A stretch of 64,000 nt of DNA from Candidatus Sumerlaeia bacterium. Its GTDB lineage: Bacteria; Sumerlaeota; Sumerlaeia; MVZB01. The DNA is taken from NCBI GenBank assembly GCA_039683515.1, contig JBDKRG010000040.1, forward strand, positions 1,751-65,750, read 5' to 3'. Each line of letters starts with the position of its first letter. Position 1 is the stretch's first letter. A program made the translations under genes and the position numbers. The notes beneath the pieces are model-generated. The model did not search any database, was not told the origin of the DNA, and worked only from the letters and a program-made list of their open reading frames with translations. Shown here one piece after another: positions 39,556 through 47,679 of this stretch.

Positions 39556-39650
39556 ATTATCGTGCGTCGTAATCGTGCTCGTGCTCGTGCTCGTAATCGT
39601 AATCGACTCGACTCGACTCGACTCGTAATCGAATCGAATCGAATCGAAAC
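39556..39650. repeat. Compound hexamer repeat (gtaatc)(gtgctc)3(gtaatc)2(gactc)4(gtaatc)(gaatc)3
   Basis: cgtaatcgtgctcgtgctcgtgctcgtaatcgtaatcgactcgactcgactcgactcgtaatcgaatcgaatcgaatcg. Same family as 22031-22060, 26826-26880, 35468-35530 and 42228-42272. Confidence 0.9.
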
Positions 39651-39655
39651 TCGCT

Positions 39656-41002
39656 CTACTTCTTCCCGGGCTTCCCGAACGTGCCTTCCACGACGACTTC
39701 GGCCTTGGTCATCTTGATCGTGACCCGGTCGCGCTCCGTCTTGCCCGACCACTCGTTGCCGTCACGGGAAAGCTTGAGCCCCTCGACGCGCGCCTCCATC
39801 GCCTGCGCCATGGCCTGGGCGAATTCCTCCGCGTCCGCCTCGGTGTCCCACTTGGTCGTCCACGAGAAGGCGTGGTCGCCCGCTTCGTCGAGCGCCAGCA
39901 GGATCCGGTCGCCGTTCCAGCCGGCCGCCGCCCTAACTGCCTGCTCGCGGCCGACCGACGGCTCGAGCAGCGTGCGGATCCCGAACTCGCCGAAGACGTT
40001 CTGGCCGAACGCGCCCTTGCCCGACGGCTTGAACGGCTCGATCGTGGCCGGCATTTCGCGCGCGAGGTATTTGTCGGGGTGGATGATCTGCTCCGTGGTC
40101 TCGGGCGGGTCCTGGAAGATCGATCCGCGCCACGCCGAATCCATCCCCACGGTCCAGTCGGCCGGGGCCTTGGGGTTCTGCCGCGTCCGCCCCGCCAGCG
40201 CCTGGAAGAACTTCATCCCCTCCAGATACGGGAACAACACGATCTGCTGGATCGCGACCGGCGCCTGCTCGAACTTGCTCTGGTCGATCAGCAGCATGCG
40301 CGGGATGTCCATCATCATCGTCACGGGATTGCCGTAGCGGCTGACGTATTCGCTCATGAGGAGCGTGGCGTCGCCCTCGGCCACCGCGAGCGCGGCCAGG
40401 GCGCGGTCGTCGTTCTCGATATCCTCGACCCCCATCCGGCGCAGGTCGTAATCCTGGTCCTGCATGGCGTGGCTGATCTCGTGCGCCAGAACCATCCGCC
40501 CCAGCGGCCGCTCCAGATCGAAGTTCGTGCTGACGTAGAGCTTCTTGGTGCCGGGGTGGTAGATCCCCGCGGCCTGCTCGCCCATCAGGTCCTTCAGGTA
40601 CCGGGGCAGGTCGATCCCGTCGGGCATCGCCCCCATCAGGACGTTGAACCAGATGTAGAGGTCGAGCCGGTGGCCGGGGTATTGCTTCTTGACCGAGTCG
40701 TCGACGATCCAGTTGAGCACCGCCGGCGTGAGCTCGGCGTATTCGACCGGCTCCTTCACGAGAAACGACCGCATCGCCGCGACCTGAAGCTGCGTCTCGA
40801 AGACGAGCCGCTTGATCCGGGCGTCGGCGAGCTGGTTCTGCGCCCGGTCGAGCCGCAACCTCAGCAGCTTGATCTCCCGGTCCTTGAGATCGTCCGAGGC
40901 GAATGATGAATGATGAATGATGCATGATGAACACACGAATAAAACCAGCAAAAGTCGATGAACGCATCGATTCATGATCATCCCCTTTTCATCACTCATC
41001 AT
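39656..41002 (-). CDS. Secreted zinc metalloprotease (HExxH)
   Basis: N-terminal signal-like hydrophobic segment and the LAHEISHAMQD zincin motif. The 5' end and the first codons lie in a (catcatt)n repeat, so the exact start is uncertain (41002 or about 40975). Confidence 0.7.
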   Translation of the reverse strand: MMSDEKGMIMNRCVHRLLLVLFVCSSCIIHHSSFASDDLKDREIKLLRLRLDRAQNQLADARIKRLVFETQLQVAAMRSFLVKEPVEYAELTPAVLNWIVDDSVKKQYPGHRLDLYIWFNVLMGAMPDGIDLPRYLKDLMGEQAAGIYHPGTKKLYVSTNFDLERPLGRMVLAHEISHAMQDQDYDLRRMGVEDIENDDRALAALAVAEGDATLLMSEYVSRYGNPVTMMMDIPRMLLIDQSKFEQAPVAIQQIVLFPYLEGMKFFQALAGRTRQNPKAPADWTVGMDSAWRGSIFQDPPETTEQIIHPDKYLAREMPATIEPFKPSGKGAFGQNVFGEFGIRTLLEPSVGREQAVRAAAGWNGDRILLALDEAGDHAFSWTTKWDTEADAEEFAQAMAQAMEARVEGLKLSRDGNEWSGKTERDRVTIKMTKAEVVVEGTFGKPGKK

Positions 41003-42156
41003 TCATCATTCATCATTTTCAAAACCGCGTCCACCACCTGGCTCGCCGGGATCAGGTCCTGGCAGCTCGGCGAGACGTCGCAGCCCCGGCGGTAGCAGGG
41101 CGCGCACCCGATCGGCGTCGTGATCTTCACGCCGCGGCCGTACATCTCGATTTCCTGCTGGCAGGTCGGCCCGAAGATCGCCACCGACTTGCGCCCGGTC
41201 GCCAGCGCCAGGTGCATCGCCAGCGTGTCGCCCGAGGCCACCACCGCGCAGCGCTCGACGAGCGCCGCGAACGTCCCGAGGTCGTAGCTGGATCCCGGCA
41301 GCAGGACCGGCGTCTGCGAGGACGCCCTGTGGGCCTTCTCCTGAATCCGCCCCATCAGTTCGGCTTCGTCCGGCCCGCCGAGCAGCACGACCGACACGTC
41401 CGGCCGGCGCAGCGCCAGCTGGTTGATCACCTCGACCCAGCCGTCCTCGCGCCACGCCTTCCGGGCGAAGACGCGCCCGGCGCCCGGGTTGATCCCGACG
41501 AGCGCGCGGCCTTCCCGCAGCCCCGCCGCGTCGAGCAGGCCGGCCGCCGCGCGCCGATCGGCCTCGGTCGGCGCGATCGTGTAGCCCTGGCCGGCATACT
41601 CCATCCCGAGCGCCTCGTACACCAGCTCCGGATAGCTTTTCCGGTTGCCGTGGAATTTCTCGTCGTTATCGAGCCCGAGCCGGAAGTAGTAGTGCGCCTC
41701 GGAATTGAGCGGGAAGACCGTCCCGTAGCGCGACACCCCGACGCCGAGCTTCTTTTCGGCCTGGACGCGCATCGCGACCGACGCCGGCCCCGGCTCCTTG
41801 TCCAGGCTGATCACGATCGCGAAGTGTTCCAGTTCCAGGTGCGCCAGCGCCTCGGCGTTGAACTCCAGGACCCGGTCCACCCCCGGCATGCGCTCGACGA
41901 GCGGCATGGCGGCCCGGCTCGTGAGCCACGTGATGTGCGGCGGGTCCGAGGAGTCGCGCAGCCCCGGGATGAGGCACGCCGTCCGCACGACGTCGCCCAG
42001 CGCCGCGAGCTTGATGATCAGCACGCGCCGCCCCATCGGCTCGTAGCTGGGGCACCCTTCGCACAGCCTCAAAAGCTGGCACGGCCTATCCCCGCGATAC
42101 TTCCGGCAGTCTAGATGGAGGAATAAGGATTGTGGTGACAACGGATCCATATGCAT
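40999..42156 (-). CDS. Glycosyltransferase family 9 (ADP-heptose:LPS heptosyltransferase-like) with an N-terminal Cys-rich extension
   Basis: RVLIIKLAALGDVVRTACLIPGLR..ITWLT and C-terminal GxGxxARKAW and GDTLAMHLALATG motifs typical of GT9. Overlaps the protease gene by 4 bp. Confidence 0.8.
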   Translation of the reverse strand: MHMDPLSPQSLFLHLDCRKYRGDRPCQLLRLCEGCPSYEPMGRRVLIIKLAALGDVVRTACLIPGLRDSSDPPHITWLTSRAAMPLVERMPGVDRVLEFNAEALAHLELEHFAIVISLDKEPGPASVAMRVQAEKKLGVGVSRYGTVFPLNSEAHYYFRLGLDNDEKFHGNRKSYPELVYEALGMEYAGQGYTIAPTEADRRAAAGLLDAAGLREGRALVGINPGAGRVFARKAWREDGWVEVINQLALRRPDVSVVLLGGPDEAELMGRIQEKAHRASSQTPVLLPGSSYDLGTFAALVERCAVVASGDTLAMHLALATGRKSVAIFGPTCQQEIEMYGRGVKITTPIGCAPCYRRGCDVSPSCQDLIPASQVVDAVLKMMNDE

Positions 42157-42277
42157 TAAAATGATGGTGACTTATTGCACAGGGCCAAGTAAAGACAAAT
42201 CAGAAGTATAGGGGCGGCCTTCATATTTTTCGTGCTCGTGCTCGTGCTCGCAATCGTAATCGTAATCGAATCAACAG

Positions 42278-42934
42278 TTGGCGGAGGATATCATGCCGGA
42301 CAGTTGGAAATGCAGGGGCAGGATTCTGCTGGCGCAGGCGCGCAATCTTTTCCTGAGCGGCCTGATCGCGCTGCTGCCGGTCATCGTCACGATTTACGTC
42401 GTCTTCAAGCTGGCCATACTCCTCGACTCGGTCCTGAAGCGCATCCTGCCCGCCCCGCTCGAATTCCCGGGCATCGGCATCCTGATGGCGATCGTCCTGG
42501 TCTTCCTGATCGGCCTGTGGACCAAGCTGTGGATCGGCCGCAAATTCCTCCACATGACCCAGTCGATCCTGGGGCGCATCCCGCTCGTCCGGGCGATCTA
42601 CGGCGCGGCGCGCGACCTCGTCGGGCTGTTTTCGAAAGGCGGCGCCCAGCAGTTCAACCAGGTCGTGATGATCGAGCCCCCCGGCCTGGGCTTTAAAATG
42701 CTCGGCTTCGTCACGCGCACGGACCTGAGCGACCTGCCGCCCGAGGTTTCGGACCAGGGCCGGGTCGCCGTCTACCTGCCGCTCGCCTACCAGATGGGCG
42801 GCTTCACGGTCCTCATCGACAAGGCGCACATCCGTCCGGTCGACATGCCGCTCCAGTCGGCGATCAAGTTCGTCATCACCGCCGGCGTGGCGAAGGAAAT
42901 CCACGACGCCCCCGGCAACGAGCAGAAACCATAA
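42278..42934 (+). CDS. DUF502-family membrane protein
   Basis: Two TM helices with FLSGLIALLPVIVTIYVV and PGIGILMAIVLVFLIGL, followed by the conserved RIPLVRAIYGAARD motif. Confidence 0.8.
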   Translation: MAEDIMPDSWKCRGRILLAQARNLFLSGLIALLPVIVTIYVVFKLAILLDSVLKRILPAPLEFPGIGILMAIVLVFLIGLWTKLWIGRKFLHMTQSILGRIPLVRAIYGAARDLVGLFSKGGAQQFNQVVMIEPPGLGFKMLGFVTRTDLSDLPPEVSDQGRVAVYLPLAYQMGGFTVLIDKAHIRPVDMPLQSAIKFVITAGVAKEIHDAPGNEQKP

Positions 42935-42973
42935 CGTCCGTGCCCGTCCGTGCGGGTCCGTGCCTGTCCGTGC

Positions 42974-44389
42974 TTAATTCTCCGCCTGCACCTGGCTCGG
43001 CGTAATCTCGATCATCCCCATATCCTCGGGCAGCGTTTTCTTGACCGCGATCCCGAGTTCTGGGAATTTGCGCGCCGTCACCATCAGCCGCGACTCGATC
43101 GACGAGACTGCGGCATTATAACTCTTCACCGCGTTCTCGAGGTTCGACCCGACCTTGCCGATGTGCTCGATCACGACCGCGAGCCGCTCGTAGAGCTGGC
43201 TGCCGAGCTCGCTGATCTGCTGCGCCTCGCGCGCGATGAGCTCCTGCCGCCACCCCATCGCCACCGTCCGCAGCAATGCGAACAGCGTCGCCGGCGTGGC
43301 GAGGATCACCTTGCGCTCGAAGCCCTTTTCGATCAGGTCGGGCTTGTGCTCGGCGGCCGCCGCGAGGAATCCCTCGCCGGGGATGAACATCACGACGAAC
43401 TCGGGCGCGGTCTTGAACTGCGCCCAGTAATCCTTCTGCGAGAGCTTTTCGAGGTGGCCCGCGACGTGCTCGGCGTGGCGGCGCATGTGCGCGCGGCGCT
43501 CTTCGGGGTCGGCCGAGTTGATCGCGTCCATGAACGCCACGAGCGGCGTCTTGGCGTCGATCACGATCGAGCGCGCTTCCGGCAGGTTCACGATCATGTC
43601 CGGCCGCAGGCGCCCGTCCCCGGTGCCGACGCTCACCTGCTCCTCGAAGTCGCAGTGCTCGACCATGCCGGCCAGCTCGACCGCGCGCCGCAGCGTGACC
43701 TCGCCCCACCGCCCGCGCACCTGCGGCGCGCTCAGTGCGTGGACGAGCTTGCGCGTTTCCTCATTCAACCCGCGCTGCGACTCGCCGAGCGACTGCACCT
43801 GCGCGCGCAGCTCGCCGTAGGCCGACTCGCGCAGCGTCTCCATGCCGCGGATCTGTTCCTCGTAGCGCTTGAGCTGCTCGCGCAGCGGCGCGACGAGCTC
43901 CGCGACCGCCTGCTGGCGTTTTTCCAATTCCGCCTTCGATACTTCCTGCGCCGCCCCGAGCCGCTCGCCCGCGAGCTTCAGGAACGACTCGCTGTTCTGG
44001 TCCAGGGCCTGCCGCGCGATGACCGAAAACGCCTCCGACAGCTTCTTCTTCGTATCCTCAAGAAGCGCCAGTTTTTCCTGCGCCGCCTTGCGCTCCTGCT
44101 CGAGCGCCGTCTGCAGGCTCGCAGCCGATTCAATCCGCAGCTTGAGCTGGCCGTCGAGATTCGCAATTTGATTTTCAAGCAATGGGATGCGGGATGCTTC
44201 GGTTTCAGCGACATGAACCTTGCCCAGTAACTCTTCGATGCGGGCGGTAAGAGCAGACGTGTTCTTTTCCTCTTCTACGAGCTGTACCGTGCGTTCGGCG
44301 AGTTCGCGGCTCATTGGTCGCATCAATAGGTAAACAATCACGCCCGTCACTAAACAACCGGCAATGAACAATCCCACGTAGATAACCAT
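42974..44389 (-). CDS. rmuC: DNA recombination protein RmuC
   Basis: N-terminal TM helix, long coiled coil, and the conserved RmuC C-terminal domain (RGRWGE..L.R, PDMIVNLP, VIDAKTPL, VVMFIPGEGFL). Confidence 0.9.
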   Translation of the reverse strand: MVIYVGLFIAGCLVTGVIVYLLMRPMSRELAERTVQLVEEEKNTSALTARIEELLGKVHVAETEASRIPLLENQIANLDGQLKLRIESAASLQTALEQERKAAQEKLALLEDTKKKLSEAFSVIARQALDQNSESFLKLAGERLGAAQEVSKAELEKRQQAVAELVAPLREQLKRYEEQIRGMETLRESAYGELRAQVQSLGESQRGLNEETRKLVHALSAPQVRGRWGEVTLRRAVELAGMVEHCDFEEQVSVGTGDGRLRPDMIVNLPEARSIVIDAKTPLVAFMDAINSADPEERRAHMRRHAEHVAGHLEKLSQKDYWAQFKTAPEFVVMFIPGEGFLAAAAEHKPDLIEKGFERKVILATPATLFALLRTVAMGWRQELIAREAQQISELGSQLYERLAVVIEHIGKVGSNLENAVKSYNAAVSSIESRLMVTARKFPELGIAVKKTLPEDMGMIEITPSQVQAEN

Positions 44390-44658
44390 TATTTCCCCAC
44401 CGTACCTGGATTTGAGATCTTGTTCAGCAGGTCGCGATACGTTTCGTCAAAAAGGGTGTTCGAGATGGCAAAAAATGCTATAAAAATGATAATACCTATC
44501 AGTCCAAAGATAATTCCAATCGGCAAACGCAGTTCAATCAAGCCAAACCCGATGAACATCGGAATGAACAAGACCGGGAACCAATTTGCACGCATTTCGA
44601 CCCGCGCCTGCTTCCGATCCGCATCATAAGTAATCATTCCATGATAAAAGGGCGTCAT
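44389..44658 (-). CDS. Hypothetical small two-TM membrane protein in a low-GC islet
   Basis: 89 aa with hydrophobic stretches (FPVLFIPMFIGFGLI, GIIFGLIGIIIFIAFFAI). Local GC ~40%. Its stop overlaps the rmuC start. Confidence 0.35.
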   Translation of the reverse strand: MTPFYHGMITYDADRKQARVEMRANWFPVLFIPMFIGFGLIELRLPIGIIFGLIGIIIFIAFFAISNTLFDETYRDLLNKISNPGTVGK

Positions 44659-44930
44659 TGAAAACCATCCAACCAGAACTTTATCGCGAAATCCAATCTC
44701 CTAGGGGCTGAAACGATGAATCACAATCGGCAACCCGCCGACAGTCGATTCAAGTCCACGGAATTGGTTTGGATCAATTGGCAGCAGGTGACAGCGCAAC
44801 AAAATTCCGGAACAATAATACAGTCGATTCCAGCCAAAATAAAGCACATGGTCGACAATCGCAATTACACAAAGTATTATGAAAATAATGAACATGAATT
44901 GAATCCGGACTTCTTCTCTGCGTTCTCGTC

Positions 44931-45347
44931 CTATCTCTGCGTCTCTGCGTTCGTATTTTGTTTTTTCTCCAGTTCGCCGACGCGCTCGCCGAGTTCCTCG
45001 ATCTGGCGCACGAGAATTTCGTTGGCCCGCCGCATCGCCTGCAGCCGGAAGATCACGAACTCGAAACCCATCACCAGCGACACGATCATCAGCGCGCCCC
45101 AGAAGAACGTCAGCCAGACGAACATGTTGGAGCGCAGCGACGTCAGCTGCATCAGCGACGCCAGCAGCCCGAGCGCCGCCGCGAACTGCACCACCGGCAG
45201 GAGCGTCTCCCACCAGCGCGGCGCCAGCCGCTCGCGCAGCCGTTCCTGGTCGCGGATGTCCTTGAGCCTGTCGGCCAGCGTCAGCTCGCGCAGCAGCTCT
45301 TCCTTGTCCTTCGGGTATTGCGGCTTTTCCTGCGGCTCTTCCATCAT
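44931..45347 (-). CDS. Hypothetical membrane protein with a coiled-coil C-terminus
   Basis: Strong GC3 bias in this frame. Two TM segments, then the heptad-like region LVRQIEELGERVGELEKKQ. Confidence 0.55.
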   Translation of the reverse strand: MMEEPQEKPQYPKDKEELLRELTLADRLKDIRDQERLRERLAPRWWETLLPVVQFAAALGLLASLMQLTSLRSNMFVWLTFFWGALMIVSLVMGFEFVIFRLQAMRRANEILVRQIEELGERVGELEKKQNTNAETQR

Positions 45348-45440
45348 GCGTGAAGAATAGATGACAACCGCCCGACGATAAAGCCAAATCAATCCGGATC
45401 AACCCTTGCGCGCCCACCCCGCCTGTGATTTGCTTTGGGT

Positions 45441-46112
45441 ATGTTTGTGCTCGAGATGCAACAGGTCAGGCGGGAGTTCGAGATCGCGGAGGGCGGCCGG
45501 CGCGCCGTGCTCGACGGCGTGAACCTCGCCCTGGAGCCGGGCAAAACCATCGCCCTGACCGGCCGCTCCGGCGCCGGCAAAACGACCCTGCTCTTCCTGG
45601 CCGCCGGCCTGTTGCGCCCCACCGCCGGCCGCGTCCTGTTCGAGGGGCGCGACATCGGCACGATGTCCGCCTTCGAGCTGGCCGATCTTCGCCGTCGCCG
45701 CATCGGCCTCGTCTTCCAGAACAACCTCAGCCTGAGCGCCCTGCCGGTCTGGGAGAACGCCGCCCTGCCGCTGCTGCTCGAAGGCCTGCCCGCCTCGAAG
45801 GCCCGGGGCGCCGCCATGGAAATCCTCGACCGCGTCGGCCTTGCCGAGTATGCCGGGCGCTCGACGACCGCCCTTTCCGGCGGCCAGCGGCGCCGGCTGG
45901 GCCTTGCGCGCTGCCTGCTTGGCCGGCCCGACCTGCTGCTGGCCGACGAGCCGACCGCCGACCTCGACGACGAGACCGCGGCCGAGATCGAGCGCTTTAT
46001 TTTCGAATGGCTCGCCGCCGACGGCCGCTCGGCGATCATCGTCACGCACTTCGAGTCGATCGAGCGCGCCGCCCACCGGGTCCTGCGCCTTCAGGATGGA
46101 ATCCTGAGCTGA
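45441..46112 (+). CDS. ABC transporter ATP-binding protein (LolD/FtsE/MacB-type), orphan (no adjacent permease)
   Basis: Walker A GRSGAGKTT, Q-loop, signature LSGGQRRR, Walker B LLLADEPTADLD, H-loop. Immediately followed by the IS630 element. Confidence 0.85.
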   Translation: MFVLEMQQVRREFEIAEGGRRAVLDGVNLALEPGKTIALTGRSGAGKTTLLFLAAGLLRPTAGRVLFEGRDIGTMSAFELADLRRRRIGLVFQNNLSLSALPVWENAALPLLLEGLPASKARGAAMEILDRVGLAEYAGRSTTALSGGQRRRLGLARCLLGRPDLLLADEPTADLDDETAAEIERFIFEWLAADGRSAIIVTHFESIERAAHRVLRLQDGILS

Positions 46113-46273
46113 CCATCGCCGTTTTTTTCTCATTTCCTGCATTTTAGTTTCCCATAAGACGCTTTAGGGTCGCCAAGGGAATACCCAAATCCAAATCTTC
46201 CATGTTACGCTTTTTCTCGCCCGGCAAGAACGGCCCGGCCAAGATTTCCGAACTAGAAACTATACACAGCGTC

Positions 46274-46735
46274 TTAAATAAATGCGCATAATCGGCGCAG
46301 CTGGAGATTCGGGTGAAACCATTTCGCAAACTGGTCGTGCACGACAGCGATGAGCGCCTGCAGCGTCTCGAAGTAGACGTTGTGCGTGCACAGCGTGCGG
46401 GTCAGTTTCCAGACGCGCTCGACCGGGTTCAGGTCCGGGCTGTACGGCGGCAGAAAATCCAGCCGCAACTCGTGCCGATGCTTGTGAAGCCACAGCCGCA
46501 GCGCCCGCGCATGGTGCCAGCGCGCGTTGTCGACGATCACAACTATCTTGCGCCCGGGCCGCCGGCGACGCAGCAACGCCTGCAGAAACACCTTGAAGCT
46601 TTTGGCGTCGAACGTATCGGCCGGCATTGTCAGCAGTCGCCCATCGGCCGGACAGACCGCACCGAACACGGCCGTCTGCTTGCGTGTCGAGGCATGCAGG
46701 ACCACCGGGTCCGCGTCCTCGGGAGGGATCCACAT
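46274..46735 (-). CDS. IS630 transposase OrfB (DDE catalytic part)
   Basis: DLWCQDECHF...VIVDNARWHH...SPDLNPVE are the IS630 DDE blocks. Its frame stays open upstream through the A7 site and is +1 relative to OrfA. The full-length transposase therefore needs a frameshift, or this copy is frameshift-inactivated. Confidence 0.8.
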   Translation of the reverse strand: MWIPPEDADPVVLHASTRKQTAVFGAVCPADGRLLTMPADTFDAKSFKVFLQALLRRRRPGRKIVVIVDNARWHHARALRLWLHKHRHELRLDFLPPYSPDLNPVERVWKLTRTLCTHNVYFETLQALIAVVHDQFAKWFHPNLQLRRLCAFI

Positions 46736-46787
46736 GGCGCAGCGTGAACCGTGCTGCTGGAAGTGGCATTCGTCCTGGCACCACAGG

Positions 46788-47312
46788 TCAATGTCCTTTC
46801 TTCGGGCCAGGCGGCGCAGTTTTTTTATATGCGCGCTGGGCGGCGGGGTCGGCTTGGGCGATCACCGGACGCGGTTTGCGGCGGCGGAACCCGAGCTCGC
46901 GAAACAGGCGTTGGCACTGGCGCACGCCGAGCTTGATGCTGTAGCGGACCTCGAGGTGATGCGACAGCAGTTTGCCGTCCCACAGGTTCTGGCCGTAGCC
47001 GAGTTTGCGCGGCGACTGGCGCAGGTCCTGACCGATACGCTGGCGCGTCTTGTCGTCGAGCGCCGCCGGCCGGCCGGGCCGCTCCTCATCCTGCAGGCCG
47101 GCAAAGCCGCTATGCTCGAAACGATCGACCCAGTACTGAATCGTGCGCGGGCTGTGGCCCAACAGGTCAGCCACTTCGTAGCAGGATTTGCCCGCGCACA
47201 CGAGCAGAACCCCGTGCAGACGATGATCGTAGCGGGATTCCTCGGATCGGACGATTTCCTGCTGTACGGCCACTTTCATGATCTCGGCATCTTGGATCTG
47301 AAGTTTTCGCAT
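46788..47312 (-). CDS. IS630 transposase OrfA (N-terminal HTH part)
   Basis: Carries a helix-turn-helix typical of IS630/Tc1 N-termini. It ends in YKKTAPPGPKKGH*, and the codons tat aaa aaa contain an A7 slippery run. Confidence 0.8.
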   Translation of the reverse strand: MRKLQIQDAEIMKVAVQQEIVRSEESRYDHRLHGVLLVCAGKSCYEVADLLGHSPRTIQYWVDRFEHSGFAGLQDEERPGRPAALDDKTRQRIGQDLRQSPRKLGYGQNLWDGKLLSHHLEVRYSIKLGVRQCQRLFRELGFRRRKPRPVIAQADPAAQRAYKKTAPPGPKKGH

Positions 47313-47679
47313 AGTCCGCCTCCTTGAGCTTGATCAAGGATACAGCGAGCCTTTTAGTATGCGCTATTACTTTTGTCGTTCTGTATATTTCAGAAATCCT
47401 GGCCGGGCCGTTCTTGCCTGGCGAGGAAAAGCGTAACATGGAAGATTTGGATTTGGGTATTCCCTTGGCGACCCTTACGACACTTGCGGGAAACTAATCT
47501 TTGGAAACTGCAAAAATAAGTAGCCTGAAGCACGCGATGAATCGCGGGAAGCTCGCGGTCCGCGTTGAGGCTTATCCATGAGATCGATTCCAGCTCTGCC
47601 CATCTCCGCCCCTCTGCGACAATTTTTTTTCGTGTATTTCTTGTTTGATCGTGTATCTCGTGTTTGATTGGATGTCCTC

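Larger units (their letters stand above)
46165..47477 (-). mobile_element. IS630-family insertion sequence (~1.3 kb) with ~95-bp near-perfect terminal inverted repeats
   Basis: The left end agggtcgccaagggaatacccaaatccaaatcttccatgttacgc... is the reverse complement of the right end ...gcgtaacatggaagatttggatttgggtattcccttggcgaccct. Both ends are flanked by TA. It contains the transposase ORFs below. Confidence 0.85.

Noticed and set aside
42221-42904. 227-aa minus-strand ORF
   Set aside because: Antisense of the DUF502 gene, which has the conserved TM/RIPLVRAIY pattern.
46260-46784. 174-aa ORF inside the IS630 element
   Set aside because: It is merely the OrfA reading frame continuing after its stop codon. 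The DDE motifs are in the other frame (OrfB).
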